The notes: generated by a model from the letters alone, not told the origin. Shown: positions 36,390 to 45,979, counted from the first letter of the stretch. The stretch: 64,000 nucleotides of DNA from Nitrospinaceae bacterium (GCA_023271875.1 JALPWY010000004.1:6074-70073); one strand, 5' to 3'. Numbers and translations: made by a program.

Positions 36390-37118
36390 TCAGACTCTAA
36401 TAATTTTTTCTAATGCCATAATTGTGTCTAGAATTTTATTTCTTTTTAGTTCTTTAGCAAGAGGAACTATTTCTTTCAAGAGACTAGGGATTGCTTCTTT
36501 TTGTCCAGTGAACAGCATTAACGGCAACATAGAAAAAGTGGGGAGGAGAATTCGAACTGAGTCGTGTTGATTTCGAGCGATTTGAATTCTGTTTTTTAAT
36601 GTTGCAATCCCTCTTACCATCACACCCCACAAAATTTCGTATTTCCAAGGCGGAACGAGTTGACTTCGCTCATATTCTATTTTGGCTTCAGACGAGGCCT
36701 TCAAGGCCTTCTCAAACCATTCAATAGCTTTAACAAATTCCCCCATCCTCCAGCTAGATATTCCAATAATGGAATACAACATTCTCCGACCAACATTATC
36801 CCCAATTCGCTCAACAATGAGCAAAGAGTCCTGAAAAAGTTTCGTGGCTTTTCTCAATTGTGACATATCCCAATAAATAGCACCCATATTAACCAATGCA
36901 ACAATTAAATCATCAGAGTCAGCTTCAGTCTTGACAAGTTCGTAAGCCTTTTTAGAGTAAACTAGAGCTTTTTGAAGTTGGCGCTTGGCTTGATAATTTT
37001 GCCCTAGTTGACTTAATGTTTTGAAGTCGTTGGATTCGTCCGAATTCTGCTGCAATTTTTTGACTTTCTTCGCTTTTTTAAGCAAGAAATTGGCTAAGGT
37101 GAAAAACGTAGTAACCAC
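36390..37118 (-). CDS. hypothetical protein with TPR-like helical repeats
   Basis: 242-aa ORF with a GTG start. The central part (LGQNYQAKRQLQKALVYSKKAYEL, VNMGAIYWDMSQLRKATKLFQDSL, IGISSWRMGEFVKAIEWFEKALK) looks TPR-like. I do not recognise the C-terminal third. Confidence 0.5.
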   Translation of the reverse strand: MVTTFFTLANFLLKKAKKVKKLQQNSDESNDFKTLSQLGQNYQAKRQLQKALVYSKKAYELVKTEADSDDLIVALVNMGAIYWDMSQLRKATKLFQDSLLIVERIGDNVGRRMLYSIIGISSWRMGEFVKAIEWFEKALKASSEAKIEYERSQLVPPWKYEILWGVMVRGIATLKNRIQIARNQHDSVRILLPTFSMLPLMLFTGQKEAIPSLLKEIVPLAKELKRNKILDTIMALEKIIRV

Positions 37119-37199
37119 AAGCCATTGATATTAAGTGGTATGGATGGAAAGGTTTGAACCTTAATTCATAGAGCAGGGTTCACAAGATCAGTTCATGTG

Positions 37200-37337
37200 T
37201 TATTTTTTTATCAATAGTACTAATAAAGCTATGGCAATAACTGTCAGAACAATGTTTAACGATTGAAGTACAAATCCGCAGATAAAGAAGAATCCTAAAA
37301 CTGTCCAAAGCCATGCTAAAACCCTGTCCCAGTCCAT
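37200..37337 (-). CDS. possible small two-helix membrane protein (45 aa)
   Basis: MDWDRVLAWLWTVLGFFFICGFVLQSLNIVLTVIAIALLVLLIKK. The SD is weak and the ORF is below the track cutoff. Confidence 0.3.
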   Translation of the reverse strand: MDWDRVLAWLWTVLGFFFICGFVLQSLNIVLTVIAIALLVLLIKK

Positions 37338-37382
37338 AATATCACTTTTTGGGCTTACGATTAGTTTTAAAGCAGAAACGGT

Positions 37383-37595
37383 TTATTTTTTCATTGGTCC
37401 TAATTCAATAATAATTCGTGACTTTCCATAACCACCTTCAGCATCATCTTTTTCAAAATAAACTGGGAATGTTCCCTCGCCAAACCCAGTCGAAACTTTT
37501 AGAAAATCTTCCATCTGCAATATAAGAGATGGGTCAACTATTGCAATTTCGCCACTATCTACTTGAACAGTTCCTACTAGTTCTCTTTCACTCAT
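37383..37595 (-). CDS. hypothetical small protein (70 aa)
   Basis: The track ORF starts at GTG 37601. I prefer ATG 37595, which has SD AGAGGAG 8 nt upstream. The pattern VDSGEIAIVDP...GEGTFPVYFE is reminiscent of DUF4241-type proteins (recollection only). Confidence 0.5.
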   Translation of the reverse strand: MSERELVGTVQVDSGEIAIVDPSLILQMEDFLKVSTGFGEGTFPVYFEKDDAEGGYGKSRIIIELGPMKK

Positions 37596-37820
37596 GTTCA
37601 CTACTCCTCTTTTTATTTTAAGCCAGTGACAAAGCTCCCTTCTTTTCTTAATTTTCGACGCGCAAAATAATACTATAGTGTTTGTGTGTTTTGCGATGCT
37701 TATATCAGAAGAGTCGATGATGGATGTCTTCGATAAGGTTGCAAAGCAGGGTTAACTTTTTTTACTATTGATTTTTATCAAAAAAGGTAGAGAAAAAACC
37801 TGTAAACCTTTGTGTTTAAA

Positions 37821-37897
37821 TGGTCGGGACGAGAGGATTTGAACCTCCGACCACTCGACCCCCAGCCGAGTGCGCTACCAGACTGCGCCACGTCCCG
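37821..37897 (-). tRNA. tRNA-Pro (anticodon GGG)
   Basis: The reverse strand reads CGGGACGTGGCGCAGTCTGGTAGCGCACTCGGCTGGGGGTCGAGTGGTCGGAGGTTCAAATCCTCTCGTCCCGACCA. The anticodon loop is CTGGGGG with G37, the T-loop is GGTTCAAATCC, and CCA is encoded. Confidence 0.92.
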
Positions 37898-37922
37898 TTA
37901 TTTCTACGCAATAAAAAAATGA

Positions 37923-37957
37923 GCTTGTTCCTTGCGGCTTGTTCCTTGCGGCTTGTT
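37923..37957. repeat. 14-bp tandem repeat (2.5 copies) upstream of tRNA-Pro
   Basis: GCTTGTTCCTTGCG GCTTGTTCCTTGCG GCTTGTT, located 26-60 nt upstream of the tRNA 5-prime end. Confidence 0.8.
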
Positions 37958-38169
37958 ATTTTCTGTGTGGTATTTGTCATTCAGATAACTGACTTCCGAG
38001 TAGATTTTTACAAAAATAGAGGATATTGCAGAGGAAGTCAATATACCCTGTTTTAACGTCTTACTATAAATCCAAACACATTGGATGATGTAATATTCTA
38101 TGGTAGAATTTATGTAATTCCATGAAAGAAGTAAAATATTTCTCTAAATATTTATAGGGTATCAGAAAT

Positions 38170-38487
38170 ATGGAAGTTGTGAAGTTAGCTGATGTTGTTG
38201 AGTTCAACCCTGAAAAACTGAAGAAAGTAAGTCTTTTTGATACGGATAATTTCTTTTGTGACATATACTGTTTAGAACCGGCTCAATCACAGAAAGTTCA
38301 TTCACATGGCGACTCTGATAAAGTTTACTACGTTCTCAAGGGTAGTGGGAAGGTGACGGTTGGATCCGAGGAAAAAGTGCTTGGCCCTGACGAAATTACG
38401 ATTGCTCCGGCTGGAGAAGATCACGGAGTGGTCAATCATACACAGGATAAATTGGTGATGCTGGTCTTTATGGCGCCTAAGCCTTAA
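38170..38487 (+). CDS. cupin-domain protein
   Basis: 105 aa. VHSHGDSDKVYYVLKGSGKVTVG..E..L.P.E....PAGEDHGV.N is a typical cupin_2 two-motif pattern. Confidence 0.8.
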   Translation: MEVVKLADVVEFNPEKLKKVSLFDTDNFFCDIYCLEPAQSQKVHSHGDSDKVYYVLKGSGKVTVGSEEKVLGPDEITIAPAGEDHGVVNHTQDKLVMLVFMAPKP

Positions 38488-38542
38488 AGGTTTTTCATTT
38501 TTTTTAAACATTTCTGCTTTAAGCGGATAATTAAATAAGATT

Positions 38543-40300
38543 ATGGTTTATCTGGTCTTTCCTTCATCATGGCATCCGTCTCAGCCTTATCTGAGCCTGC
38601 CGAGTCTAAAAGGGTACCTGCATATGCATGGTATCCAGGACGTAAAACAAAGAGACTTGGCTATCGAGCTTCTTGATCACCTGTGTACCTGGGAAAGAAC
38701 AAAACCACTTTACGAGCGTATCATTCGAGAGTTGAATGAATTAGGTGAGAAGCCTCGTCACTCCCAGTTTGAACGAGAAAAATATGCCAAACTGCGAGAG
38801 GCGGAACAAGCTATTCCCGCTCTCATGTATGAGATTGATGCGGCGAAGGACTCGCTTCGCTGTGAGGATTTTTACAACCTCGACCGTTACATGGAAAGCC
38901 TTAAGATCATTGATGTGTGGCTCGACAGTATCCTTGCACCTTATTTTCCGTCTCAGTTAACCGTTATCGGAAGTCAGATGCGTTACTCGCCTTACTCAAC
39001 GAAAGAGGTTTTCGAGTCTTTCACTAATCCGAATGAGAATTTTTTCTACGATATTTACAAAGAGCATTACCTACCTTCGATCCTGAAAGAAGATATCGAT
39101 ATTCTTGGTATATCGATTACTTCGGTGGAACAGATTATTCCTGGACTCACTTTGGCACATTTGGTCAAACAGGCCGCCCCTTATATCCATATTACTGCTG
39201 GCGGCAGCGTGTTTACTAAGTTGGTAGATCGAATGGAGCGAGATGGATCGCCTGCATTTCAGTTCTTAGATAGTATGATCGTTCACGAAGGTGAGACTCC
39301 AATGCTAAAACTAGTTGAAGAGGTTAGAGGTGGTGGCGATCTTTCAAAGGTTCCAAATTTGGTTTGGGAAGATAAGGGAAAGGTAAGGGTGAATCGTCCT
39401 TTTGCAAAAGAGGAACTAAATAAACTACCGACACCAGACTTTGACGGCATGCCCCTAGATTTGTATCTTTCGCCGGAGCGTGTATTACCTATTATGGGTT
39501 CCCGCGGTTGTTATTGGGAAAGGTGTGCCTTTTGCTCAATTCCTTTTGACCATATGGATTTTCATGTTAGGTATGCTGAAAATGTTGTTGCCGATGTGAA
39601 AAACCTGAAAGAAAAGTATAATTGTAATTATTACTTCTTCACTGATGAAGCACTTCCAATTAATTTTATGCGGACTTTTGCTAATAAAATTATTGAGGCA
39701 GACCTTGAAATCAAATGGACAGGAGAGTTGAAGTTCGAAAAGAGTTTGCTTACGGAAAATAGAATGGAGCTCTTGTATGAATCAGGATGTCGAAAGTTGA
39801 TATTCGGCCTTGAGTCCTACAATCAGCGTGTGTTGGACTCCATGAAGAAAGGTGTTGAACTTGAGGTTATAGATAGAATTGTTGAGGAGTGCGTACGTAT
39901 TGGTATTGGTATGCACTTCTACCTCATCACCGGATTCCCCACAGAGACACCAGCGGAAGCTCGGGAGTCAGTTGATTTTGTTATTAACAACCAACGTATA
40001 CTCGATTCGCCAGGATTTTCCTGCATCATTTCCCAGTTTGATTTGGAAAAAGGCACTCCACTTGAAAATAACCCCTCTGAATGGGGAATAACAGAACTTT
40101 ATACTCCACCAGACCACGATCTAAGCCTCGGCTATTCCTACAAGATTGATACTGGGATGGACTCTGACGAAGCCGAAGTGCTTTACCGTGAGTTACAGGA
40201 AAAAATAAATGAAAAAGTGAGTACTTTTCCTGATAACTACTCACTATCCGATGGACTCCTCTACCTGGGTCACCCTCAAGAAGAACTCACCACCAGTTGA
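38543..40300 (+). CDS. B12-binding-domain radical SAM protein (class B-like) with an atypical CX4CX2C cluster motif
   Basis: 585 aa. The N-terminus VYLVFPSSWHPSQPYLSLPSLKGYLHMHG has the shape of a B12-binding domain. The radical SAM core is at IMGSRGCYWERCAFCSIPF, and the DNA confirms TGT TAT TGG GAA AGG TGT GCC TTT TGC. GLESYNQRVLDSMKKG lies downstream. Confidence 0.75.
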   Translation: MVYLVFPSSWHPSQPYLSLPSLKGYLHMHGIQDVKQRDLAIELLDHLCTWERTKPLYERIIRELNELGEKPRHSQFEREKYAKLREAEQAIPALMYEIDAAKDSLRCEDFYNLDRYMESLKIIDVWLDSILAPYFPSQLTVIGSQMRYSPYSTKEVFESFTNPNENFFYDIYKEHYLPSILKEDIDILGISITSVEQIIPGLTLAHLVKQAAPYIHITAGGSVFTKLVDRMERDGSPAFQFLDSMIVHEGETPMLKLVEEVRGGGDLSKVPNLVWEDKGKVRVNRPFAKEELNKLPTPDFDGMPLDLYLSPERVLPIMGSRGCYWERCAFCSIPFDHMDFHVRYAENVVADVKNLKEKYNCNYYFFTDEALPINFMRTFANKIIEADLEIKWTGELKFEKSLLTENRMELLYESGCRKLIFGLESYNQRVLDSMKKGVELEVIDRIVEECVRIGIGMHFYLITGFPTETPAEARESVDFVINNQRILDSPGFSCIISQFDLEKGTPLENNPSEWGITELYTPPDHDLSLGYSYKIDTGMDSDEAEVLYRELQEKINEKVSTFPDNYSLSDGLLYLGHPQEELTTS

Positions 40301-40605
40301 CCTCAATATTGTGTTGGCGAACCAAACCAATTGGTTGATTAGATTTTCATTAAATCTTATTATTCAATAATTTAAGTAGAATTTGGCTCTTTTTTAGGCC
40401 AGATCATGCAACATTCGCAAACCTAGAATTGTATGGTGGTGAAACAAAATGTTTAATTTTATAATCATAAAACTAATGATTTTTTTCTAAATTGACGCAA
40501 AGTTTTATGAAGATTCGAATTGCCATTGCCACCTCCAACGGTTTGGATCTGAAGATCCAAACCGTGGCAATGCAAGACGAAAAAATTTTGTAAGGATATT
40601 ATAAA

Positions 40606-40797
40606 ATGCGAATCACTGATGATTATCAAGATTATCGTTTTACTTCTTCAATCAAAGGACGACATCACTTGGTACCAAGAAAACACCGGATCGAAAAAAT
40701 CCGTGAAGAAGAGTTCGGAGAAGAACTTGAGGAAGCTATGCACCAACAAAACCCGAACTTGAGAAGAAAAGTTCACTCCACCAAAGTTTATAGGTAA
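40606..40797 (+). CDS. hypothetical small basic protein
   Basis: 63-aa ORF with AAGGA upstream and no recognised motif. Confidence 0.35.
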   Translation: MRITDDYQDYRFTSSIKGRHHLVPRKHRIEKIREEEFGEELEEAMHQQNPNLRRKVHSTKVYR

Positions 40798-40915
40798 TCG
40801 TACTAGCTTAACTTAATCCTCTCCTATCACTAAGAGAAACTCGCCGCAAGTTGACCGAACCCGATTGACTGGATTGACCAAAAGTAAAAACTTTTTAAAT
40901 TTATTTGGAAGAAAA

Positions 40916-42166
40916 TTAGCCCAGTGTCCAGAGCATTATTTTGAATAAGATGGCTGCTAAAAGAGCGGTGAATGGAACCGTGGCTAGCCAGGACATTACA
41001 ATCTCTTTGACGATTCCAAGATTTAGTGTTGGTAGGCCCCGAGCCAGTCCCACTCCGATGACGGAACCCACCAGGGTATGAGTAGTAGAAACCGGCAATC
41101 CCATCTTAGAACAGACCAGCACTACTGTAGCACCGGCAAAAGTAGCACAAAAACCACGCGAAGGAGTGATCTCAGTAATCTTTTTTCCTATCGTTTCCAT
41201 CACGCGTCTTCCCCAAATCAAAAGTCCCAACACGATAAATGCACCACCCAAGGCGAGAATCCAGGTTGGCATTGCTACTTTCATTGCTACGGTTCCACTA
41301 TTTAGAATTGATACGACCGCGGCAAGAGGACCTACAGCGTTTGCAACATCGTTGGATCCATGGGCAAAAGCGATGTAAAAAGCAGTTGTGATCTGAAGGT
41401 ACTTGAAAATATTTTCTGTTGCTTCTAGCTGTTTGTGAATTTCTTTTTTTGGAACATCCGGGATTTTTTTAGCGAGAGGTTTGGAAATAAAAAAACCTAC
41501 GACACCTACAATGACGGAAAAAAACATTGCTTCAGGATAAGAAAAGTCAAGATGCAGATTTTTTAATCCCTTATAGAACATTGCATTGGCAAGGATTACG
41601 CAAACCAGAAAAATCATGTAGGGTAATATTCTCTTGGCGTATAAGAGTGGATTGCGTCTTCTAAAAACTTGATTGGTGAGAAACCGGAACAAAAGAAAAG
41701 CGACCAAACCTCCCATCACAGGGGAGACGATCCAGCTCATCACAACACTCCAGACCTTAACCCAATTGATGGCGTCCATTCCTCCCGCCATAACACCGAA
41801 TCCAACTACCGCTCCAACGATAGAATGAGTGGTTGAAACAGGCCAACCAAGATAGCTGGCAATATTAAGCCATAAGGCCGCTGCAATTAAGGCGGCAATC
41901 ATTCCGTATACAAGGTGAAGGGGTGCATCCGAGAAAATTGTGGGATCAAGCATTCCCTTCCGAATCGTATCGGACACATGTCCGCCAACAAAAAAGGCGC
42001 CGGCAAATTCAGCGACCGCAGCAACATAAATAGCCTGCTTGAAGGTGAGTGACCCCGAGCCAACGCTTGTGCCCATTGCATTAGCAACATCGTTTGCGCC
42101 AATGTTGCATGCCATGTAGATACAGGCAGTTGTAGCGAAGACCATCAGGAAAGTGCTTAAATCCAA
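40916..42166 (-). CDS. pit: inorganic phosphate transporter, PiT family
   Basis: 416 aa with NIGANDVANAMGTSVGS near the N-terminus and a repeated GSNDVANAVGP in the second half. These are the PiT/PHO4 signatures. Confidence 0.92.
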   Translation of the reverse strand: MDLSTFLMVFATTACIYMACNIGANDVANAMGTSVGSGSLTFKQAIYVAAVAEFAGAFFVGGHVSDTIRKGMLDPTIFSDAPLHLVYGMIAALIAAALWLNIASYLGWPVSTTHSIVGAVVGFGVMAGGMDAINWVKVWSVVMSWIVSPVMGGLVAFLLFRFLTNQVFRRRNPLLYAKRILPYMIFLVCVILANAMFYKGLKNLHLDFSYPEAMFFSVIVGVVGFFISKPLAKKIPDVPKKEIHKQLEATENIFKYLQITTAFYIAFAHGSNDVANAVGPLAAVVSILNSGTVAMKVAMPTWILALGGAFIVLGLLIWGRRVMETIGKKITEITPSRGFCATFAGATVVLVCSKMGLPVSTTHTLVGSVIGVGLARGLPTLNLGIVKEIVMSWLATVPFTALLAAILFKIMLWTLG

Positions 42167-42216
42167 TATGACCTCTGAGTCAATTTATGAGTGATTAGAA
42201 TATTCAATAAGTTTAA

Positions 42217-42885
42217 TTAACGGGAAAGAAATATTTGAAGAGTTTTTCCGATTTTTTCAGACTGATCAGCTACGCCTCCAAGCTTTTTAATTAGCTCGTT
42301 TAGTAAAAATAAGTCAGCGGCACTGAGATCATTTAAAGAGAATAACTTTTGGGCTAGCAAAAACTGTTTTTTATCTGCTTTGTATTCAGCCGCCCCTAAA
42401 CTTGAAGCCATTTTTTCTACTTTTTCGGCCTCGGCCCCGCCAAAAGAGGCTTCTAGCAGGTCTTCTAGTTCGCGAATTATGCCGCATGCGTCATTCGCCA
42501 AAGCGACAGTATGCGTAACTAAGTCCATCAAAGGTTCATAAAGCTCCTCCGGGATATCGATATTTTTTATGCGCATAAGGACGGCCAAATCTTCTACTGC
42601 GTCGGCGATATCATCCTGAGCTGACAAGAGACCCATGAAATCTCTTTTATCTACCGGTAGAAAAATGCTTTGAGGTAAATGTTGCCGAATATCGCTTTTG
42701 ATTTGGTCTGCTTTGTGTTCAAGCTCTGATATGTTTTTCGCAATCTCCTCAACTTTTTCGTAGTCTTTAGACTGATAGGCTTTGAATAAGGGGGTAATCA
42801 GGTGGACACATTCATTGACGCTGTCAATATGACTCACCAACGGCTTAAACGGAGACTTCGCAAACATTGAAAGTATGGTACGCAT
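42217..42885 (-). CDS. DUF47 / TIGR00153-family protein (PhoU-like PiT accessory protein)
   Basis: 222 aa and all-helical (SPFKPL..H...V.....L...........E....I...E..AD.IK..I). It is in the classic position directly upstream of pit. Confidence 0.75.
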   Translation of the reverse strand: MRTILSMFAKSPFKPLVSHIDSVNECVHLITPLFKAYQSKDYEKVEEIAKNISELEHKADQIKSDIRQHLPQSIFLPVDKRDFMGLLSAQDDIADAVEDLAVLMRIKNIDIPEELYEPLMDLVTHTVALANDACGIIRELEDLLEASFGGAEAEKVEKMASSLGAAEYKADKKQFLLAQKLFSLNDLSAADLFLLNELIKKLGGVADQSEKIGKTLQIFLSR

Positions 42886-43004
42886 ATACTTTTAACCTCT
42901 CTAAAAAACATCAAATTCTTGATGCTACTATAATACGTTTTATTAAAGTTTTTCTAGAGAAAAGTTAAATTTTTCCCTTTAGTAAAAAACGTAAAAATTA
43001 AGCT

Positions 43005-44270
43005 TTAAAACGTAAACTTCAAATCCAGTTGATGTTGTCCAGGGACATCTAATTTCCCCCCATTGATATCCCCACGTTCGTTTTCGGTGTTAAAAAAGGT
43101 GTAACCGAGTTGCATGCCTTTTCGAATAGCATATTTCGCTCTCAGTTCGATACCTTTGGCATTGGTTCCACCCTGATGAAAATCAGAGTCGGTTAAAGCA
43201 TAAAACACCGCATCTTGCTGGACAAGCCTGTAAAGGGTCTTAATTTGCCATTGTCCAGTCTTCTTAACCTTCTTATCGCCAAACTTGAAACCCAATTGCC
43301 AAGCAGTGTCTAGATCTTGGGCTATCGTGTTATTTCCTGCAGGAGCATCAGCATCGGTATTAACGGCATACTCATAAAAAAGGCTGCCATGCTTGCTACC
43401 TAAGGGAGAAGACCAATCAGCCATAAAATCAAATATCTGTATGTTTGTAGTATTGACATTGGTTCCTGTAACTTGACTGTTCCTCTGTCCATCACCGCTA
43501 CCTAGTTGTTTAGTAACAGCACTTCCTGAGTCAGTTAGATGATTATAGTCGTACCACGCTATAGCAAACTTAAATTTTCCGGCTTTAGTTTTTTGATGGA
43601 GTTGGGCTTGCCATGCCAAAAGCACAACGTCGTCAGAGTCAACAGTAGTATTACGATCTGTTTCCTCGACTATGTACTGACCTGCAACAAACTGTAAGGT
43701 AGTGTCTCCAGATTTCTTTTGGTAGATTTCGGAGAGTCCTTCAGGATTTACATCGCCGTCCCAGACTACTTCTGATCTCATGAATGGATTTTTTACTTTT
43801 CCTCCCTGTACGGTTAAACCATCCATAAACTCCCAAGAGCCGTAGGCCAAGTTAAGAGAAATAGCTTCATTCCCAAAGGTCCCATCCAGGGTCGTATTAC
43901 CAGAAGTGGATGCATCATCACCACCAGTAGAAAGTCTGAAAACGAAGTCTAGATCTTCATAGACATGCGCCCTGGCTCCAAATCTAAAACGAATTCTTGG
44001 TCGGTCTGTATCCAAATGACCATCTGCATCATTGGCAGTTGAGTTATCACTAGCTCGATCTACCCTTTCGTAACGCAGTCTCATACCACCAAACCAACTT
44101 ATTCTTTCAAGAGATTCAAGTAGCTTATCATGAGAGTTTACTCTTTCTATTAAAGCTTTCCGCGCGAGATCTTCCTTCGTCATTGCGCTTGCCGTTCCTG
44201 CCAAGGCAAGTATAAATACCCCCAAAATAAAACCAGTGATAATTTTTTTAGCTATCCAAACTTGATCCAC
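43005..44270 (-). CDS. putative outer-membrane porin (phosphate-linked by context)
   Basis: 421 aa with a signal peptide (ALAGTASA), a short coiled-coil segment, alternating beta-strand patterns and a C-terminal ...LDLKFTF. Confidence 0.55.
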   Translation of the reverse strand: MDQVWIAKKIITGFILGVFILALAGTASAMTKEDLARKALIERVNSHDKLLESLERISWFGGMRLRYERVDRASDNSTANDADGHLDTDRPRIRFRFGARAHVYEDLDFVFRLSTGGDDASTSGNTTLDGTFGNEAISLNLAYGSWEFMDGLTVQGGKVKNPFMRSEVVWDGDVNPEGLSEIYQKKSGDTTLQFVAGQYIVEETDRNTTVDSDDVVLLAWQAQLHQKTKAGKFKFAIAWYDYNHLTDSGSAVTKQLGSGDGQRNSQVTGTNVNTTNIQIFDFMADWSSPLGSKHGSLFYEYAVNTDADAPAGNNTIAQDLDTAWQLGFKFGDKKVKKTGQWQIKTLYRLVQQDAVFYALTDSDFHQGGTNAKGIELRAKYAIRKGMQLGYTFFNTENERGDINGGKLDVPGQHQLDLKFTF

Positions 44271-44361
44271 TGTATGTATCTTTGCTCCTCAATTTATTTT
44301 ATGTTAACAAAAATCGACACTATCTTTTATAAAGAAATAATATAGTAGTAAAAATAGAAAT

Positions 44362-45054
44362 TTAAAAAAGAAGTAAGATCCCAATTGGGACTGCAAAGCT
44401 TAAGGTGAAGAGAATAAAGTTGAAGATTTGAAGATAAAGAAATTTTTCCAAAATGGGTGCTGTTACCATTTCCACTCCCACCCTTCTCACCGCATGCTCG
44501 ATATCGGATGATGTGATAGCGCTTTCTTTTTTTGATAGCTCTTCTACTACGTTATCTAGAAAAAAGAATTTGATTACTTTGAGTATAGTCCCAAACAAGA
44601 TGCGAGATAAAAAAGCGGTGATTCCTCTTTTGAGTTTTAATTGCTCCAGAAAGTTTTTTCCTATTCCATCGAAAGTATCTTCGAGTTGATTGCGAGGAAT
44701 GTTCTTGTTGAATCGAGGAATTTTTTCAACCACCCCATGAGTCAATAAGTCGAGCAGGTCATGCAACCCGGCTAGTGCTTCTGTAATTTTTTTACTGGAG
44801 GTCTGGATTATACAGGCGATCAATCCATAGAGAACACCAAACCCGGTATACCAACCGAAAGACAAAACCAGAGCTGTTGACACAATCCAGGTGCTCCATT
44901 CCAATTCCTCCATAACAAAATGATCCATTGTGAAAAGTCCGGTTAGTCCTAGGATAAATCCAATCAACCCGAATAGGAGTAGCTTTTTGAAAGTTCCAAC
45001 TAGAAGATCAGCAAAAAAATTGCTCCAATAGCTGATAATTTCTTCTTTTTTCAT
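44362..45054 (-). CDS. hypothetical integral membrane protein
   Basis: 230 aa with about 4 TM helices and no recognised motif. It is the last gene of a three-gene minus-strand unit with the J-domain protein. Confidence 0.5.
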   Translation of the reverse strand: MKKEEIISYWSNFFADLLVGTFKKLLLFGLIGFILGLTGLFTMDHFVMEELEWSTWIVSTALVLSFGWYTGFGVLYGLIACIIQTSSKKITEALAGLHDLLDLLTHGVVEKIPRFNKNIPRNQLEDTFDGIGKNFLEQLKLKRGITAFLSRILFGTILKVIKFFFLDNVVEELSKKESAITSSDIEHAVRRVGVEMVTAPILEKFLYLQIFNFILFTLSFAVPIGILLLF

Positions 45055-45095
45055 CGAATAAATTTTTTAAAGAATTTAAAAAAGATATGACTGGG

Positions 45096-45947
45096 TTAGG
45101 AGTTTACCTTGATTTGAAGTATCAGGTCGCCCCGTTTTTTATCTTTAGAGTGTCCTTTGCCTTTGATTCTTAATTTTCCACCATTGGGAAATTTTTCAGG
45201 GATGCGGATCATCAACTGTTCAGGAGTCCCGTCTATTTCATATGAAATTTTTTTATTAGTTCCTACGAGTGCTTCTTTATGAGGTATGGTCATAGCTAGA
45301 TTATAATCAAGAGAGTTTTGGCTATTTGTCCCCTTGTTGAAAACTCCTTTTACGGATTCAAGAATGTCGGGCTTTTTAATATTTGGTTGATCTTTAAGGT
45401 TTCCTGCTGATTTTGCATCGTGCATTTTTTTTAATGCGAAAAGAGATGTGCCAACCATATACGCTATCCGAAGGCCTTGTCCCACCCGTCCAATCGGGCC
45501 TGGGATCATTCCGAGGACTCGAACAATTCCTCCGAGTGCACCGCCCATCAGTGTGGTTTGAAAAAAAGAGTTCCCTGATCGAAACCCAGACTTTGAAAAC
45601 TCACGATTCAATTCCTCAAATACATCCTTACCAAATCCTTTGCGAAACATCTCTTCGAAAATATCTTGTTGTGTATATCGAAATTGAGAGTATTCGTTAG
45701 TTCGACCTGCCAAATGATCAGCTCGAAACCGGTCATATTCTTTTCGTTTTAGGGGATCTATCAGGACGCCATAAGCTTCGGTAATTTGCTTGAATTTTTC
45801 CTCACTATTTGGGGCGTTTTTGTTGTGGTCGGGATGATGTTCAAGGGCTAGCTTACGATAGGACTTTTTTATTTCAGTATCAGTTGAATTTTCGGCGACA
45901 CCCAGTATTTTGTAGTAATCTTTAAATTCTCGAAATCTAGTTCTCAT
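45096..45947 (-). CDS. J-domain protein with a central hydrophobic segment and a DnaJ C-terminal-like beta domain
   Basis: 283 aa. The J domain is [34 protein letters not shown] Gly-rich hydrophobic stretch follows ([21 protein letters not shown]). The C-terminus [23 protein letters not shown] resembles DnaJ/CbpA CTD. Confidence 0.8.
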   Translation of the reverse strand: MRTRFREFKDYYKILGVAENSTDTEIKKSYRKLALEHHPDHNKNAPNSEEKFKQITEAYGVLIDPLKRKEYDRFRADHLAGRTNEYSQFRYTQQDIFEEMFRKGFGKDVFEELNREFSKSGFRSGNSFFQTTLMGGALGGIVRVLGMIPGPIGRVGQGLRIAYMVGTSLFALKKMHDAKSAGNLKDQPNIKKPDILESVKGVFNKGTNSQNSLDYNLAMTIPHKEALVGTNKKISYEIDGTPEQLMIRIPEKFPNGGKLRIKGKGHSKDKKRGDLILQIKVNS

Positions 45948-45979
45948 GAGGCGATTGAATTTTAAAAACGGAACAGTTT

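Larger units (their letters stand above)
36276..37897. mobile_element. 1.6-kb integrase-less islet at tRNA-Pro(GGG)
   Basis: It is bounded by the intact tRNA and the 48-nt partial copy of its 3-prime end. The geometry is the same as the tRNA-Gly element. It carries three co-directional ORFs and no recombinase. Confidence 0.6.

Noticed and set aside
37820-38056. 78-aa plus-strand ORF overlapping tRNA-Pro
   Set aside because: It reads through the antisense of a well-formed tRNA gene and a tandem repeat. The tRNA explains the sequence.
40507-40593. 28-codon ORF (MKIRIAIATSNGLDLKIQTVAMQDEKIL) as a leader or precursor peptide for the radical SAM enzyme
   Set aside because: The ORF consists largely of the two arms of the 12-bp hairpin. 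It has no SD and lies downstream of the enzyme, so the hairpin is the simpler explanation.
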